Positions 1-8,785 of a stretch of DNA of 32,000 nt are shown piece after piece. A program made the position numbers and the translations under genes. The stretch covers positions 14,408 through 46,407 of the forward strand of contig JAUSKK010000042.1 of the NCBI GenBank assembly GCA_030649345.1, in the 5' to 3' direction. The stretch comes from Candidatus Iainarchaeum sp. GTDB lineage: Archaea > Iainarchaeota > Iainarchaeia > Iainarchaeales > 0-14-0-20-34-12. The first letter of the stretch is position 1; each line of letters begins with the position of its first letter. The notes below the pieces were generated by a model. The model saw only the letters and a program-made list of their open reading frames with translations, was not told the origin of the DNA and did not search any database.

Positions 1-142
1 AAAGCGTGGAACGCATATATACTATAATATTGCAGGGGTTTTTAAGGTTTGTTCATGTATTCATCTGATTAAATGAATAACTACACGTAGTTGAATGCAA
101 AAGATTATTATTTGTTCGATAAGTTATTACTATATTGATTTT

Positions 143-307
143 ATGGCTAAACCGATTCAAGCAACACCTGTTTTGCAGGGTAAACAAGCAATCCAATTTT
201 TGAGGCAAATGAAAGCACAAGAACAAGGACCTATGAACAAAAAACAGAAAACTATTTGGGCTCGTTTGCAGAAAAATTGGAAGACATTTGACGCAATTCA
301 ACAATAA
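143..307 (+). CDS. Small hypothetical protein (54 aa); real gene status uncertain
   Basis: ATG at 143 inside track ORF 95..307 (MAKPIQATPVLQGKQAIQFLRQMKAQEQ...). It converges on the GNAT gene and overlaps its 3' end by 56 nt (252..307). No recognisable domain. Confidence 0.25.
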   Translation: MAKPIQATPVLQGKQAIQFLRQMKAQEQGPMNKKQKTIWARLQKNWKTFDAIQQ

Positions 308-845
308 ATTTTTCACAATCAATATACATTGGAATTGAATTCGTTCTATTTGATTTCATAACTTGGAATCCAAATTTTTTGTAAAAAATCACTGGATCTT
401 TTTTAGAGTCTTCTGAAGTTTTTGCATCAACTGTAATAAATCGGCAGCCAATATGTTCATTTAATTTTAAAACCAACTGAATAGTAAAGTCAATCATATG
501 GGTTCCAATTCCTTTTCGTATAAAACGACTGGCTACGCACAATCGAGCGATTTTAATGGCTGGCAACGATTTATATTTAATTCCTTGTTTTTGAAATTTT
601 TGCTGGAGTTCAGCACTTAAGTTTAGTGCATCTGCTAAAAGAGTAATGTATCCAACCAGTTGCTCTTTGTAAAACCATAAATGAGTTACTGAAATATTTC
701 TTTTCTGATTCCGCCAAGCATCTTCCTGCAAAAAAGCAGTCAAATCAGAATCAAAAGACTCAAAGTGAATTACGTGTTTTAAATGCAATTCTGCAAATCG
801 TTCAATCCTAATTTTCAATAGGTCAATATTTTCTTCATTCACCAT
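252..845 (-). CDS. GNAT-family N-acetyltransferase with TacT-like (toxin-type) layout
   Basis: ATG start at 845. Acetyl-CoA pocket motif PAIKIARLCVASRFIRKGIGTHM (Q/R-x-x-G-x-G/A). C-terminal VDAKT...FYKKFGF. N-terminal FESFDSDLTAFLQEDA block as in GNAT toxins. Confidence 0.8.
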   Translation of the reverse strand: MVNEENIDLLKIRIERFAELHLKHVIHFESFDSDLTAFLQEDAWRNQKRNISVTHLWFYKEQLVGYITLLADALNLSAELQQKFQKQGIKYKSLPAIKIARLCVASRFIRKGIGTHMIDFTIQLVLKLNEHIGCRFITVDAKTSEDSKKDPVIFYKKFGFQVMKSNRTNSIPMYIDCEKFIVELRQMSSNFSANEPK

Positions 846-930
846 ACTCTCTCAGCAATTAAAATCAAGAACAATTAGCTTTTAAAACTTACTTTTAAAT
901 TAATCAGAGAAAATGAATCCAACAACAGTT

Positions 931-1353
931 CTAGACTTTTAATTCAGTTAAACGCAGAATTTCTGGAAATTTATCAAAATTAGAATCCAGAGAATAAATG
1001 TATTTGAGTTTGTGTTTCTGCATAATAGCTATAGCGCAGGCATCTGCTAAATCAATCTGGCATTTGCTGGAAATTTTGAAACCTTGAGTTAAAATTAAGT
1101 CATCTAATTCCACTAGTTCGACACCCGGCAAGTGAATGGTTCGCTCCAGATAATTATTTATATAATCAATGCTTAAGTTTTCACGATTTAAAAGTATGTG
1201 AAATAATTCACCAATATTGAGTGTTGAAAGTAAAACTTTTTCTTGGCCTTGAGTGACTGCTGAAATTATTCCAATGCAGTCTGCTTTACGCGGTGCATTT
1301 TTAATAAATGATTCTAAAAGCACACTAGTGTCTAAATACTTAAGTCTAGTCAC
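931..1353 (-). CDS. PIN-domain ribonuclease (VapC-like toxin)
   Basis: Acidic PIN residues in the expected order: YLDTSVL (Asp near N-terminus), NIGELF, QIDLADAC, SLDSNFDKF. Only GTG is available as a start (1353), preceded by AAGAGGG about 9 nt upstream. Confidence 0.8.
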   Translation of the reverse strand: MTRLKYLDTSVLLESFIKNAPRKADCIGIISAVTQGQEKVLLSTLNIGELFHILLNRENLSIDYINNYLERTIHLPGVELVELDDLILTQGFKISSKCQIDLADACAIAIMQKHKLKYIYSLDSNFDKFPEILRLTELKV

Positions 1354-1392
1354 ACAACCAACCCTCTTAGCGTTAAAATAATATATATTTAG

Positions 1393-1512
1393 TTAATGCA
1401 ATTTGCTATACTGCTTTAATAGTTCCATAGCTGATTTAGCATCTGTAATTTCAGGCAAACCTTCCCATGGATTCACTATTTTTTTTACTTGAGATTTTTT
1501 GATATTTTTCAT
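1393..1512 (-). CDS. Candidate 39-aa ORF upstream of the PIN gene (possible minimal antitoxin); speculative
   Basis: My own translation: MKNIKKSQVKKIVNPWEGLPEITDAKSAMELLKQYSKLH. It is bounded by an in-frame stop two codons upstream of the ATG and ends 39 nt before the PIN GTG. Below the track length cut-off, with no recognisable fold. Confidence 0.2.
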   Translation of the reverse strand: MKNIKKSQVKKIVNPWEGLPEITDAKSAMELLKQYSKLH

Positions 1513-1732
1513 ACATTAGCATAATCACCAATTTGCATTATATTTTTAACTTTTCTCATAAAAAAGTAAATATAGAAGCCGAAAAGCATGCAGAGGAACT
1601 TTTGAATCAAAAACCAAAAACATAATTCCAATTAAAACAAGTGAATTCATTTCTAAAACTGGAAAAATTTAAAAAACTAAAAGAATTATTCCAAAACACA
1701 ATTAGAAAACAATATTAATTGTTTAAAAAAAA

Positions 1733-4700
1733 TTATTGATCTTTTAAAGTTTTCAAAATACCAGAAAGTGTATGTGTATTTTGCTGGGTTGTCTGGCCGG
1801 TAGTGGGTGGCAAAACAGTTCCGCCTTGAGTTGCACCCATACTTGAACTAGGCTTTATCCAATTACGGTAAGCGTAAACTCTATAGGTTGTATTAGAACT
1901 TACAGGACGAGTGTCAGTAAATTTATTTGAGTTAGGCTGAGTGGCATCCAATAATTTAACAATTCCACCAGGCAAACGTCCAGATTGCCAAGATAATGAA
2001 TCTGACAGTTCATCACAACTTGGATTTCCAGAAGCAGTCAAACGATCACATCTTACTACTGCATAAGCTTGAGCATTATCAACAGCCAGCCAAGTAATCG
2101 TAGCATAATCTTCAGCTGAATTGTCAGTGAATGTATATCTGAAGTCGCCAATTACAGTACTTGCACTCAAACTAATTGACGCAAATTCAGTATGATTTCT
2201 CAATATAGCATTTGAGCCAAATTCATCAAACAATAAAACTGTAGCAAAATATCCGTGTTGTTTAGATAAGGATAATGCATTGCCTGCTTTTGAATAATTT
2301 TCTTGCATTAAATTAAAAGAATGTGTAAAAGCTAAAGAAAGAAGTTTTTCATCCAAAACTGTTTTTCTACCCACTGAACAAATATCTCCAATAGTTTTGT
2401 CATCAGATTCATCATCAGGAGTTTCATCAGCAATAACTAAATCACCCAGTGCATTCAAAGTTTCACTGTTAACAGAACTATCCAAATTAAGTTCTTGTGT
2501 GCACAATAAAGGCAAATAGTAAGCCACTGTATCAGGTTCAGGTGCAGTCCAGTCAATTTTTACACTGCCATAATCAACTGCAGTATTTGTAATTTCAAAT
2601 TCTACAACTTGTTCTTGGAATGGGACCCAAGCACTTTCACTTAAACTTTCGTAGTCTGCAGTTGTTCCATCTGGATTTGTTGGAAGAGGATTTGGATAAG
2701 CTATAACTCTATATTTTGTATTTGCATAAGGTTGATGTTGGTCTGCAGCAGCTTGTTGGCTGTTGGTTGGATCAGTAAATGGAGAACTAACATATTGTTT
2801 TTCGGTTAAGTCTATTTCTTCAGCATTTGCACAGTCACCAGAAACTGTAATACCTGCATCGCATCTAAGTACACCAAAATTGTAAGAAATATCTGGAGTT
2901 ACAGTCCATTCCAATTCAGCTGTTGTTGCGTCCGTTGAAGGAGTAACAGTTAATTCAATTGTTGGCGTTCCTGGAGCAACTCCTGTAACTGCATGCACTG
3001 TTCCAGTTAATGCAGATTCAATTATTTTTTTCTGTAAAGGAATCAAACATTCCAAGATTGTTTTACAATCAGTAGCTGGAGTTGAAGCTGGTGTTCCGCC
3101 TACTAAAGCAGGCTTTACAGAATCTAAAGCATTCGTCCAAGGACTTTGAGCAATTCTTTCGCTGCCATTATAAACATTCACAGAATAAAAAGTATTTATT
3201 GTAACTGGCGTTGCATCAAGATTTGAACTAGTAGAATCTGTTGGCGCTTCAAAATAATTCAGCCCAGAATCATCTGATTTTATTTCATAATCATGCAAGC
3301 AAGAAATAACTCCTTCTCTGCTGGCTTCACAGCGGGTCATGGAATAACTTAAATTAGGTATTTCTAGTGCAGTCCAAGACAACCTTGCTTTTTGTGCACC
3401 CTGTTCGTCTAAGCTGACTTCGATTGTTACATCCAAAACTGTTGGAACAGTATACCAGCCGTTTCCGCCTGTATGTATGTCGCCTACATTAAAGCTGTCT
3501 ACGTAATAGCTTGTTGTTTCAACAATAGGTTTGTTGTTTACAGAATCAATGAATGCAGTATAACCATCGCCTTCAGTTCTTGGGATATTTACAGCACCAC
3601 GAGTAATTGCAGTATCATTATTCATATCACAAGGAATTGAGCCATCAGTATTTACAGCATCACATCTGTAAGGTTTAAAGAATTCAACATCTGGATTGTG
3701 GGCTTTCATATACAAGCCTGCAAAAATTCCGCCATTTTGTTTGATTAAATCAATACTTAATTCTGGAATATCATCCACTCGAATCCAGTCTGGGCTTTCA
3801 GCTAAAACAGTATCCGTATCCTCTGCATTCACTGCAATTATTTTGTACGAAAACAAACCAATATTTTCTCGGCTTTTTAGTTCATCTACATTATTAACAA
3901 CAGTAATTCCGTCTGGGTCTTTAAATTCTGTTTCAGTTCCTTCCATATAATTATTCAACAAAGAAAAAGCACCATCGTACTTACCATAACCATCTTTGGA
4001 ATCACAATCACTCAACTCTTGTTCAGCACATCTAAGCACATCGTATTGCATATTTGTTAAATTATTTGAAGTCCAAGTCAAAGTAACATTTTCTTGGTCT
4101 GTTCGTTCAACTGTTAATTCAACACTCGGTGCATTGGGATCAACTTCAACAACATAATCTGTACACTTTTGAATACTGGTTCCATCATCCAATGGAATCA
4201 CTGCACATAAAGTACGATTGCCTTCACGGGTTTGTTTAAATGTTCGAGTAATGACTGGATAGTTTCCGGATGGCATGGATTCAATTTTTTCTTTAAGCAA
4301 ACCAGCATTTTTTAATTCAGAATCAGCTTGGTTTGTTTCTTTGGATTTGAATACCAGCATTACATTTTCTAAATTATCAGCTGTTTTATTGTTTAACCTA
4401 ACATGGAATTCGAGTTGCTGGCCAACATAAACGTTTGAGCCCGGAGTAATTAAGTCAATTGATGAAATTTCTACAGTGTCAGCAGTTACACTTGCACCTG
4501 AATTTTCTTCTTTTTCTGTTGGTTTTTGCCAATCGCCGGAAGTCGTTACAAGCGTCCGGGTTGCTGGATCAAATGCTCCAATTCTGTAAGAAAAATCATC
4601 GATGTTTTCTCTGGATTTTAATGCATTAAGAGCATCTGGAATATTATCTGGATCAACAAAGCTTGTTTCAGTAATAACAGTACTTTCATCTAACAAACTA

Positions 4701-7700
4701 TCAGGCCCATCATCACAGTCAGCAATATTTTCTTTTTCACACCTAAACACATTGTATTCAACATTATTCGGCATGTTTTCTGCAGTCCAAGTTAAAGTAA
4801 TTTTATCTCCTTCGCGTACAGCTTCGTCTAAAGTAAGAGTTGGTTCATCCGAAGGTTCTGGTCCGCCTACAATACTTCCGTCTACTCGAACCATTGGACT
4901 TGTTCCTAAAACAGTTCCATCTGGATCTTCTGCAGTGACTTGATATTTTGAGGCATCATTTGGGTGAGAATCTATAATGGAAGTATCATCAGTAGTTGGT
5001 TCTGCTCCATTGCGAACCAAGGGAACTAAAGGAACTAAATCATCGTCTACACAATCATTTGGATTTGGTTTATCACAGCGTACTGGTCTGAAAACATAAT
5101 CTCCTTCAGGACCCCAAGATAAATGAGCACCATCAGATTGTTTGTCTACAGTTAAAGTTACGTCTACTTCTGGCATAGTATCTGGAATAAGTCCCCAGCC
5201 GCTTTCAGCAATTGGGTTTCCGTCACCATCTTCAACCAAGACATTGTAAAATGTTTTATTGGTTGCAGTATTGGGATCAATGGCTTGAGTTACACTGCCT
5301 GAAGTAACAGGTATACTGGTTGGATTTTTTGTACAATCTGTTGAATCATCATTCATTTCATCACAGCGCACAGGATTATATTTAACGTCTGCTGGAGGAT
5401 TTTCTAAAGCAGTCCAAGTTAGTTTAGTTTTTCCGCCAAGCAAAGGAGTTATAGTTAATGTAACAACATTATTAGGATCAGCTGCAGGCAAAGCATCAGG
5501 AGTAAATGCTCCTGCATTTTTGAATAATCTAGCATAAGCTAAAACTGTGGCCACATAATCTTTGGCTTTTGCACTTAAGTTTTTACAATTTACATTTCCT
5601 GGACCATATCTGTAAGAAGCAATTACTAAAATTTCTCGCGTAGTTAAACCTAAATCTTCCAAGCCAGGCAAAGTCATTGCATTGTATTGTGGACCTTCAC
5701 ATTTCAGTCTTTGTTTTGATTTTGCATAGGTTTCAGCTGCACGCTGTAAATTAGCACCAGGAGTAGTCCATAAAGGAATATTTTCTCCAGTACACACAAC
5801 AGTATTACAGGAAAAAATTTCACTTTTAGTTGCATCCGCAGAATTAATAGTTCCAACATCAACAGCAACTACATTTCCGTGTTTCGGTTGAGATCTTTGT
5901 TCTCGCAAAGAAACGTTTATTGTTTTTAAATCATCGGCTGGATCAGGAACTTCAACTGTTTTTCCGCCAAATAAATAGTCAGCAACATCAGCAGGTCTTT
6001 GATAACCCCAAGCTAAATTAATAGTTGAAACCAGCCCCAAGCCTAAGCCAATTGGTTTTTTATCCAAACAAGCAAATGCTTGATTGTCAAATTTGGATTC
6101 AGCAGCACTAATTCCAAACAAAATAGCTGGAGGAACATCTAAACTAGGCTGATTTGAAATTGCAGTTACATTTTCAACAAATTCTGGATTTAAAACAGTT
6201 CTAGCATTTGCTGAATTAATATTTCTTCCAATTCCTGTTTCAGGACATTCTTCTCCAGTTTGACTTGAAAAATAATCATTTAATTGCATTATATTAGTTA
6301 AAGCAGGTAAATTTAATTCTCTGGATTTAGCTTCTACAGCTGGCGCAATATCTTCCAATTCTTCAGTTAACTGAGTTCTGGATCTTCCAGGCCCAATTAA
6401 TGGCGGGCCCAGATCAGCACCAGTTGGAGTTGGTCGTCTAAGTACATCTGAACCAGTTCCAGCAGGAGCAGTACCTGCACCAGCACCTGAAACACTGGCA
6501 CCAGCACCTGAAACACTAGCACTAGCTCCAGCAACAGCTGCAGCTGGGCTTGGAGGAGGAGTAGAACCAGCATCTCGAGCTTCTGTACTTGCAAGTAAAG
6601 CAGGAATATTAACCCAATCACTGGCAGTGTACAAGTTACCATTGGAAGAATCGTAAACTCCTACAGCCACTTTTTGACTGGATTGTACACCATATTCACC
6701 AGATGAATACGAAAATCCAGGCCCAGATAAAGATTGCACACCAGGAGTTATTTGCGCTTCAGTTACAGTCGTTGGAATATCAGAACAATTTCCTGTTCTG
6801 CAGGCGAATAAATAATAGTTTGGATTTGAAATTGCTGGACTTACAGCAACTGCAACAGAAATTTCATTATTTGATTCCCTAGTTGGAGTTAAAGTAACTA
6901 CTGGATTTGAAGCATTTGAAGTTGAGCTAACTGAAACCCAATTACTTTTTCCGATAAATGGACCATTAGGTAAACTTTTTGCATAAACAATGTACCCAGT
7001 AGTTCCAGAAGCATTGGCTGGTTCATAGACAGTGGAGGTTGTATCTACTTGACCATCAAAGAAAAAACTAGGGCATTCATTGTTTACAAATTCATAATAA
7101 CAAGAAAACACAGAATAATTTAGTGGTGGATAAGGTCCATCAATTGTCCAAGCTAATTGAATGCGTCCAGGATGATCTGTGCTTGGAGTTTGAGTTAAAT
7201 TAATATTAGTTGGAACGCCTTTGTTTTTTTCGTCTCCAGCTAAAGCCAACAAAGCTTTGACATCATTGCTGGTGAAAGTAAATTTACTGACAGTAACTTT
7301 TCCGTTTTGGTTGGAATATTTTAAAGTACCAGTGCCTGAAAAAACAGTAAAATCCGCACTATTTGGGTTTAAGATTCCGATAAAACTAGTTTTATCAAAA
7401 CCCAATTTGTTTGCAAATTTTTGAGGAATAGTACTCGAAACTCGATTTTCAGAAAAAGCATAAAACCAAGCATTCAGCAAATCCAATAAAGGAGTTCCAG
7501 TTGTTTGACTGCCTGGAAAAATTTTGACATTAATAACCCAAGTATCGTCTACACTGAATTCATTTACTCCAGAACCAATGTCAGTTCGCTTAAGTTGAGT
7601 TTCACTTACGTTAAATCCAGTTTCTTTAAATGAATTCAATTGATCTTCATTGTATGCCAAAGTCGTACTATAAAGTGCTGAGTTTACGCTGACTAAAAAT

Positions 7701-7747
7701 AAGAGTAAAAAAAATACTGCAATGAGATTGAAACGAACACCATTCAT
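1733..7747 (-). CDS. Giant secreted protein (2004 aa): signal peptide, one SLT-like lytic transglycosylase domain, one CARDB-like module and about 11 FN3-like modules with paired Cys
   Basis: 6 kb open frame. The track start is GTG at 7756; the first ATG is at 7747 (MNGVRFNLIAVFFLLLFLVSVNSA, signal-like). Repeating W-T/S ... Y-x-V/P-x-R-C-x(7-10)-C units (YNPVRCDEMNDDSTDC, FRPVRCDKPNPNDC, YNVFRCEKENIADC, YDVLRCAEQELSDC, and others). All 32 mature Cys occur as close pairs. No C-terminal TM segment. Confidence 0.9.
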   Translation of the reverse strand: MNGVRFNLIAVFFLLLFLVSVNSALYSTTLAYNEDQLNSFKETGFNVSETQLKRTDIGSGVNEFSVDDTWVINVKIFPGSQTTGTPLLDLLNAWFYAFSENRVSSTIPQKFANKLGFDKTSFIGILNPNSADFTVFSGTGTLKYSNQNGKVTVSKFTFTSNDVKALLALAGDEKNKGVPTNINLTQTPSTDHPGRIQLAWTIDGPYPPLNYSVFSCYYEFVNNECPSFFFDGQVDTTSTVYEPANASGTTGYIVYAKSLPNGPFIGKSNWVSVSSTSNASNPVVTLTPTRESNNEISVAVAVSPAISNPNYYLFACRTGNCSDIPTTVTEAQITPGVQSLSGPGFSYSSGEYGVQSSQKVAVGVYDSSNGNLYTASDWVNIPALLASTEARDAGSTPPPSPAAAVAGASASVSGAGASVSGAGAGTAPAGTGSDVLRRPTPTGADLGPPLIGPGRSRTQLTEELEDIAPAVEAKSRELNLPALTNIMQLNDYFSSQTGEECPETGIGRNINSANARTVLNPEFVENVTAISNQPSLDVPPAILFGISAAESKFDNQAFACLDKKPIGLGLGLVSTINLAWGYQRPADVADYLFGGKTVEVPDPADDLKTINVSLREQRSQPKHGNVVAVDVGTINSADATKSEIFSCNTVVCTGENIPLWTTPGANLQRAAETYAKSKQRLKCEGPQYNAMTLPGLEDLGLTTREILVIASYRYGPGNVNCKNLSAKAKDYVATVLAYARLFKNAGAFTPDALPAADPNNVVTLTITPLLGGKTKLTWTALENPPADVKYNPVRCDEMNDDSTDCTKNPTSIPVTSGSVTQAIDPNTATNKTFYNVLVEDGDGNPIAESGWGLIPDTMPEVDVTLTVDKQSDGAHLSWGPEGDYVFRPVRCDKPNPNDCVDDDLVPLVPLVRNGAEPTTDDTSIIDSHPNDASKYQVTAEDPDGTVLGTSPMVRVDGSIVGGPEPSDEPTLTLDEAVREGDKITLTWTAENMPNNVEYNVFRCEKENIADCDDGPDSLLDESTVITETSFVDPDNIPDALNALKSRENIDDFSYRIGAFDPATRTLVTTSGDWQKPTEKEENSGASVTADTVEISSIDLITPGSNVYVGQQLEFHVRLNNKTADNLENVMLVFKSKETNQADSELKNAGLLKEKIESMPSGNYPVITRTFKQTREGNRTLCAVIPLDDGTSIQKCTDYVVEVDPNAPSVELTVERTDQENVTLTWTSNNLTNMQYDVLRCAEQELSDCDSKDGYGKYDGAFSLLNNYMEGTETEFKDPDGITVVNNVDELKSRENIGLFSYKIIAVNAEDTDTVLAESPDWIRVDDIPELSIDLIKQNGGIFAGLYMKAHNPDVEFFKPYRCDAVNTDGSIPCDMNNDTAITRGAVNIPRTEGDGYTAFIDSVNNKPIVETTSYYVDSFNVGDIHTGGNGWYTVPTVLDVTIEVSLDEQGAQKARLSWTALEIPNLSYSMTRCEASREGVISCLHDYEIKSDDSGLNYFEAPTDSTSSNLDATPVTINTFYSVNVYNGSERIAQSPWTNALDSVKPALVGGTPASTPATDCKTILECLIPLQKKIIESALTGTVHAVTGVAPGTPTIELTVTPSTDATTAELEWTVTPDISYNFGVLRCDAGITVSGDCANAEEIDLTEKQYVSSPFTDPTNSQQAAADQHQPYANTKYRVIAYPNPLPTNPDGTTADYESLSESAWVPFQEQVVEFEITNTAVDYGSVKIDWTAPEPDTVAYYLPLLCTQELNLDSSVNSETLNALGDLVIADETPDDESDDKTIGDICSVGRKTVLDEKLLSLAFTHSFNLMQENYSKAGNALSLSKQHGYFATVLLFDEFGSNAILRNHTEFASISLSASTVIGDFRYTFTDNSAEDYATITWLAVDNAQAYAVVRCDRLTASGNPSCDELSDSLSWQSGRLPGGIVKLLDATQPNSNKFTDTRPVSSNTTYRVYAYRNWIKPSSSMGATQGGTVLPPTTGQTTQQNTHTLSGILKTLKDQ
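5522..6334 (-). other. SLT / family-1 lytic-transglycosylase-like domain of the 2004-aa protein (residues ~475-745)
   Basis: FGISAAESKFDNQAF (E-S-x-F; the Glu codon is at 6098..6100). VIASYRYGPGNVNC corresponds to the AYNxGPG motif. DYVATVLAYARLF is collinear with the SLT-like domains of the 2285-aa paralog. The GLMQ position is divergent (GLGLGLVS) and there is a long insert. Confidence 0.55.
6371..6586 (-). other. Low-complexity Ala/Gly/Ser/Pro linker (residues ~391-462), locally GC-enriched
   Basis: Encodes TEARDAGSTPPPSPAAAVAGASASVSGAGASVSGAGAGTAPAGTGS...GPPLIGPGRSR. It lies between the N-terminal FN3-like pair and the SLT-like domain. The stop-poor composition produces the spurious track ORF 6397..6642. 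Confidence 0.85.
6477..6518. repeat. 21-bp tandem repeat, 2 copies (20/21 identical)
   Basis: gcaccagcacctgaaacactg (6477..6497) followed by gcaccagcacctgaaacacta (6498..6518). Encodes SVSGAGA twice on the minus strand. Confidence 0.9.
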
Positions 7748-7897
7748 GCAATTCACTTAGTTCCGTGAGAACAATTTTTGCTATATTATACTAATATAAA
7801 GGATTATTTAAAGCTTTGCTGGAGAGATTGACAAAAGCTCAGTAAATAAATTAAGTTAATTCCAAATTCAGCCCAACCAGAAAAGAATAAAAACAGT

Positions 7898-7917
7898 TTG
7901 TATAAGATTGTATAAGA
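7898..7917. repeat. Perfect 10-bp tandem direct repeat ttgtataaga x2 in a divergent promoter region
   Basis: 7898..7907 and 7908..7917 are identical. Each unit has a TATAAGA core about 26-27 nt upstream of the two candidate ATGs (7928, 7937) of the DUF3368-like gene. Confidence 0.6.
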
Positions 7918-7927
7918 ATGTAGTGGG

Positions 7928-8431
7928 ATGACATTAATGAGGAAAGTTGTGCTGGATGCAGATGGCTTGATAAAATTGACCAAAGCAGACATTCTGGAAA
8001 AAATTGTTGAAATTCTGAATTGCAATATATCGCAGGAAGTTTTCACAGAAAGCGTAGAAGAAGGAAAAAAGCTTTTATTTGAAGATGCATTTAAAATTGA
8101 GGAATTGATTCAAAATAAAAAAATAAAAGTTCATGCAACAGAAAAAAAGGAATTCTCGGACTTGGATGGATTTGGAAAAGGAGAAAGAACCAGTTTGGAA
8201 TTGTATTATCAAATTCATGCACAGGCCATTATTAGCGATAATCAAAGATTTTTAAAAGAATTGGAAAAAAAACAAGTGCCGTTCACTACACCGGCAGGAA
8301 TACTTCAGGCACTGTATTGGAACAAAAAATTAAACAAATCAGAGACATTGAATGCATTGGAAAAAATGAAACCATTGATTCAATCAGAAATTTATATCAG
8401 CTTAAAAAAAGAAGTGGAGGAATCTAAATGA
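7928..8431 (+). CDS. PIN-like nucleic-acid-binding protein (DUF3368-type), toxin-like partner of UPF0175
   Basis: VVLDADGLIKLTKADILEKI N-terminus. GKGERTSLELY...AIISDNQRFLKELEKKQVPFTTPAGILQAL matches the DUF3368 pattern (GEaeaI.LA...DD..aR..A...g..v.Gt.giL). ATGA overlap with the next gene. The start could be 7928 or 7937. Confidence 0.7.
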   Translation: MTLMRKVVLDADGLIKLTKADILEKIVEILNCNISQEVFTESVEEGKKLLFEDAFKIEELIQNKKIKVHATEKKEFSDLDGFGKGERTSLELYYQIHAQAIISDNQRFLKELEKKQVPFTTPAGILQALYWNKKLNKSETLNALEKMKPLIQSEIYISLKKEVEESK

Positions 8432-8733
8432 AAGCAAACACTGTCAGTTATCCATTAAGAATTTCAGAGGAAATAATGCAGATCACTGAAATACGAAAGC
8501 GCGAAGAACATGTGGACAAAACCACAGCCTTAAGACAACTCTTGTACAAAGGAGTGGAAGACTATGTTTTGGAGTTGTATGCAAGCGGACGAATCACTCT
8601 AACTAGAACGGCAGAATTATTAAACAAAAATGTTCACGAAGTACTTCAATTGGCTGGAAAAAAAGGAGTGAAAACTGGAGCAAACTCAGAACAACAAAGG
8701 CAAAGTGCGAAAACAGCAGAAAAATTGTTCTAA
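8428..8733 (+). CDS. UPF0175-family antitoxin-like protein
   Basis: VEDYVLELYASGRITLTRTAELLNKNVHEVLQLAGKKGV matches the UPF0175 helix-turn-helix core (A.elY..g.iSlg.AAEl.g....f...l...gi). GGAGG lies 8 nt upstream. 4-nt overlap with the DUF3368-like gene. Confidence 0.7.
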   Translation: MKANTVSYPLRISEEIMQITEIRKREEHVDKTTALRQLLYKGVEDYVLELYASGRITLTRTAELLNKNVHEVLQLAGKKGVKTGANSEQQRQSAKTAEKLF

Positions 8734-8785
8734 ATTCAAAATTATTTGCCGCAAACACAGAATTGACCTAAAAAAGAGACAAATT

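Noticed and set aside
1546-1650. 34-aa hydrophobic minus-strand mini-ORF (MNSLVLIGIMFLVFDSKVPLHAFRLLYLLFYEKS) just downstream of the 2004-aa gene.
   Set aside because: In an AT-rich intergenic tract such short Phe/Leu/Ile-rich ORFs arise readily by chance. There is no ribosome-binding or promoter context I can defend. It is worth revisiting only if conserved in relatives.
3696-4943. Plus-strand ORFs 3696..3950 and 4602..4943, and similarly 7221..7424, 11650..11889, 11977..12162, 12328..12513, 13405..13641 and 14902..15168, all antisense to the giant genes.
   Set aside because: They lie entirely inside long, well-supported minus-strand CDSs. Their products are low-complexity Ser/Leu/Phe-rich translations with no motifs, which is typical shadow-ORF noise.
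6397-6642. Same-strand alternative-frame ORF (81 aa, Leu/Gln/Val-rich) in the linker region of the 2004-aa gene.
   Set aside because: It arises from the stop-poor, GC-rich repetitive linker and its product is nonsense-like. I see no evidence for frameshifting, such as a slippery site or an interruption of the main frame.
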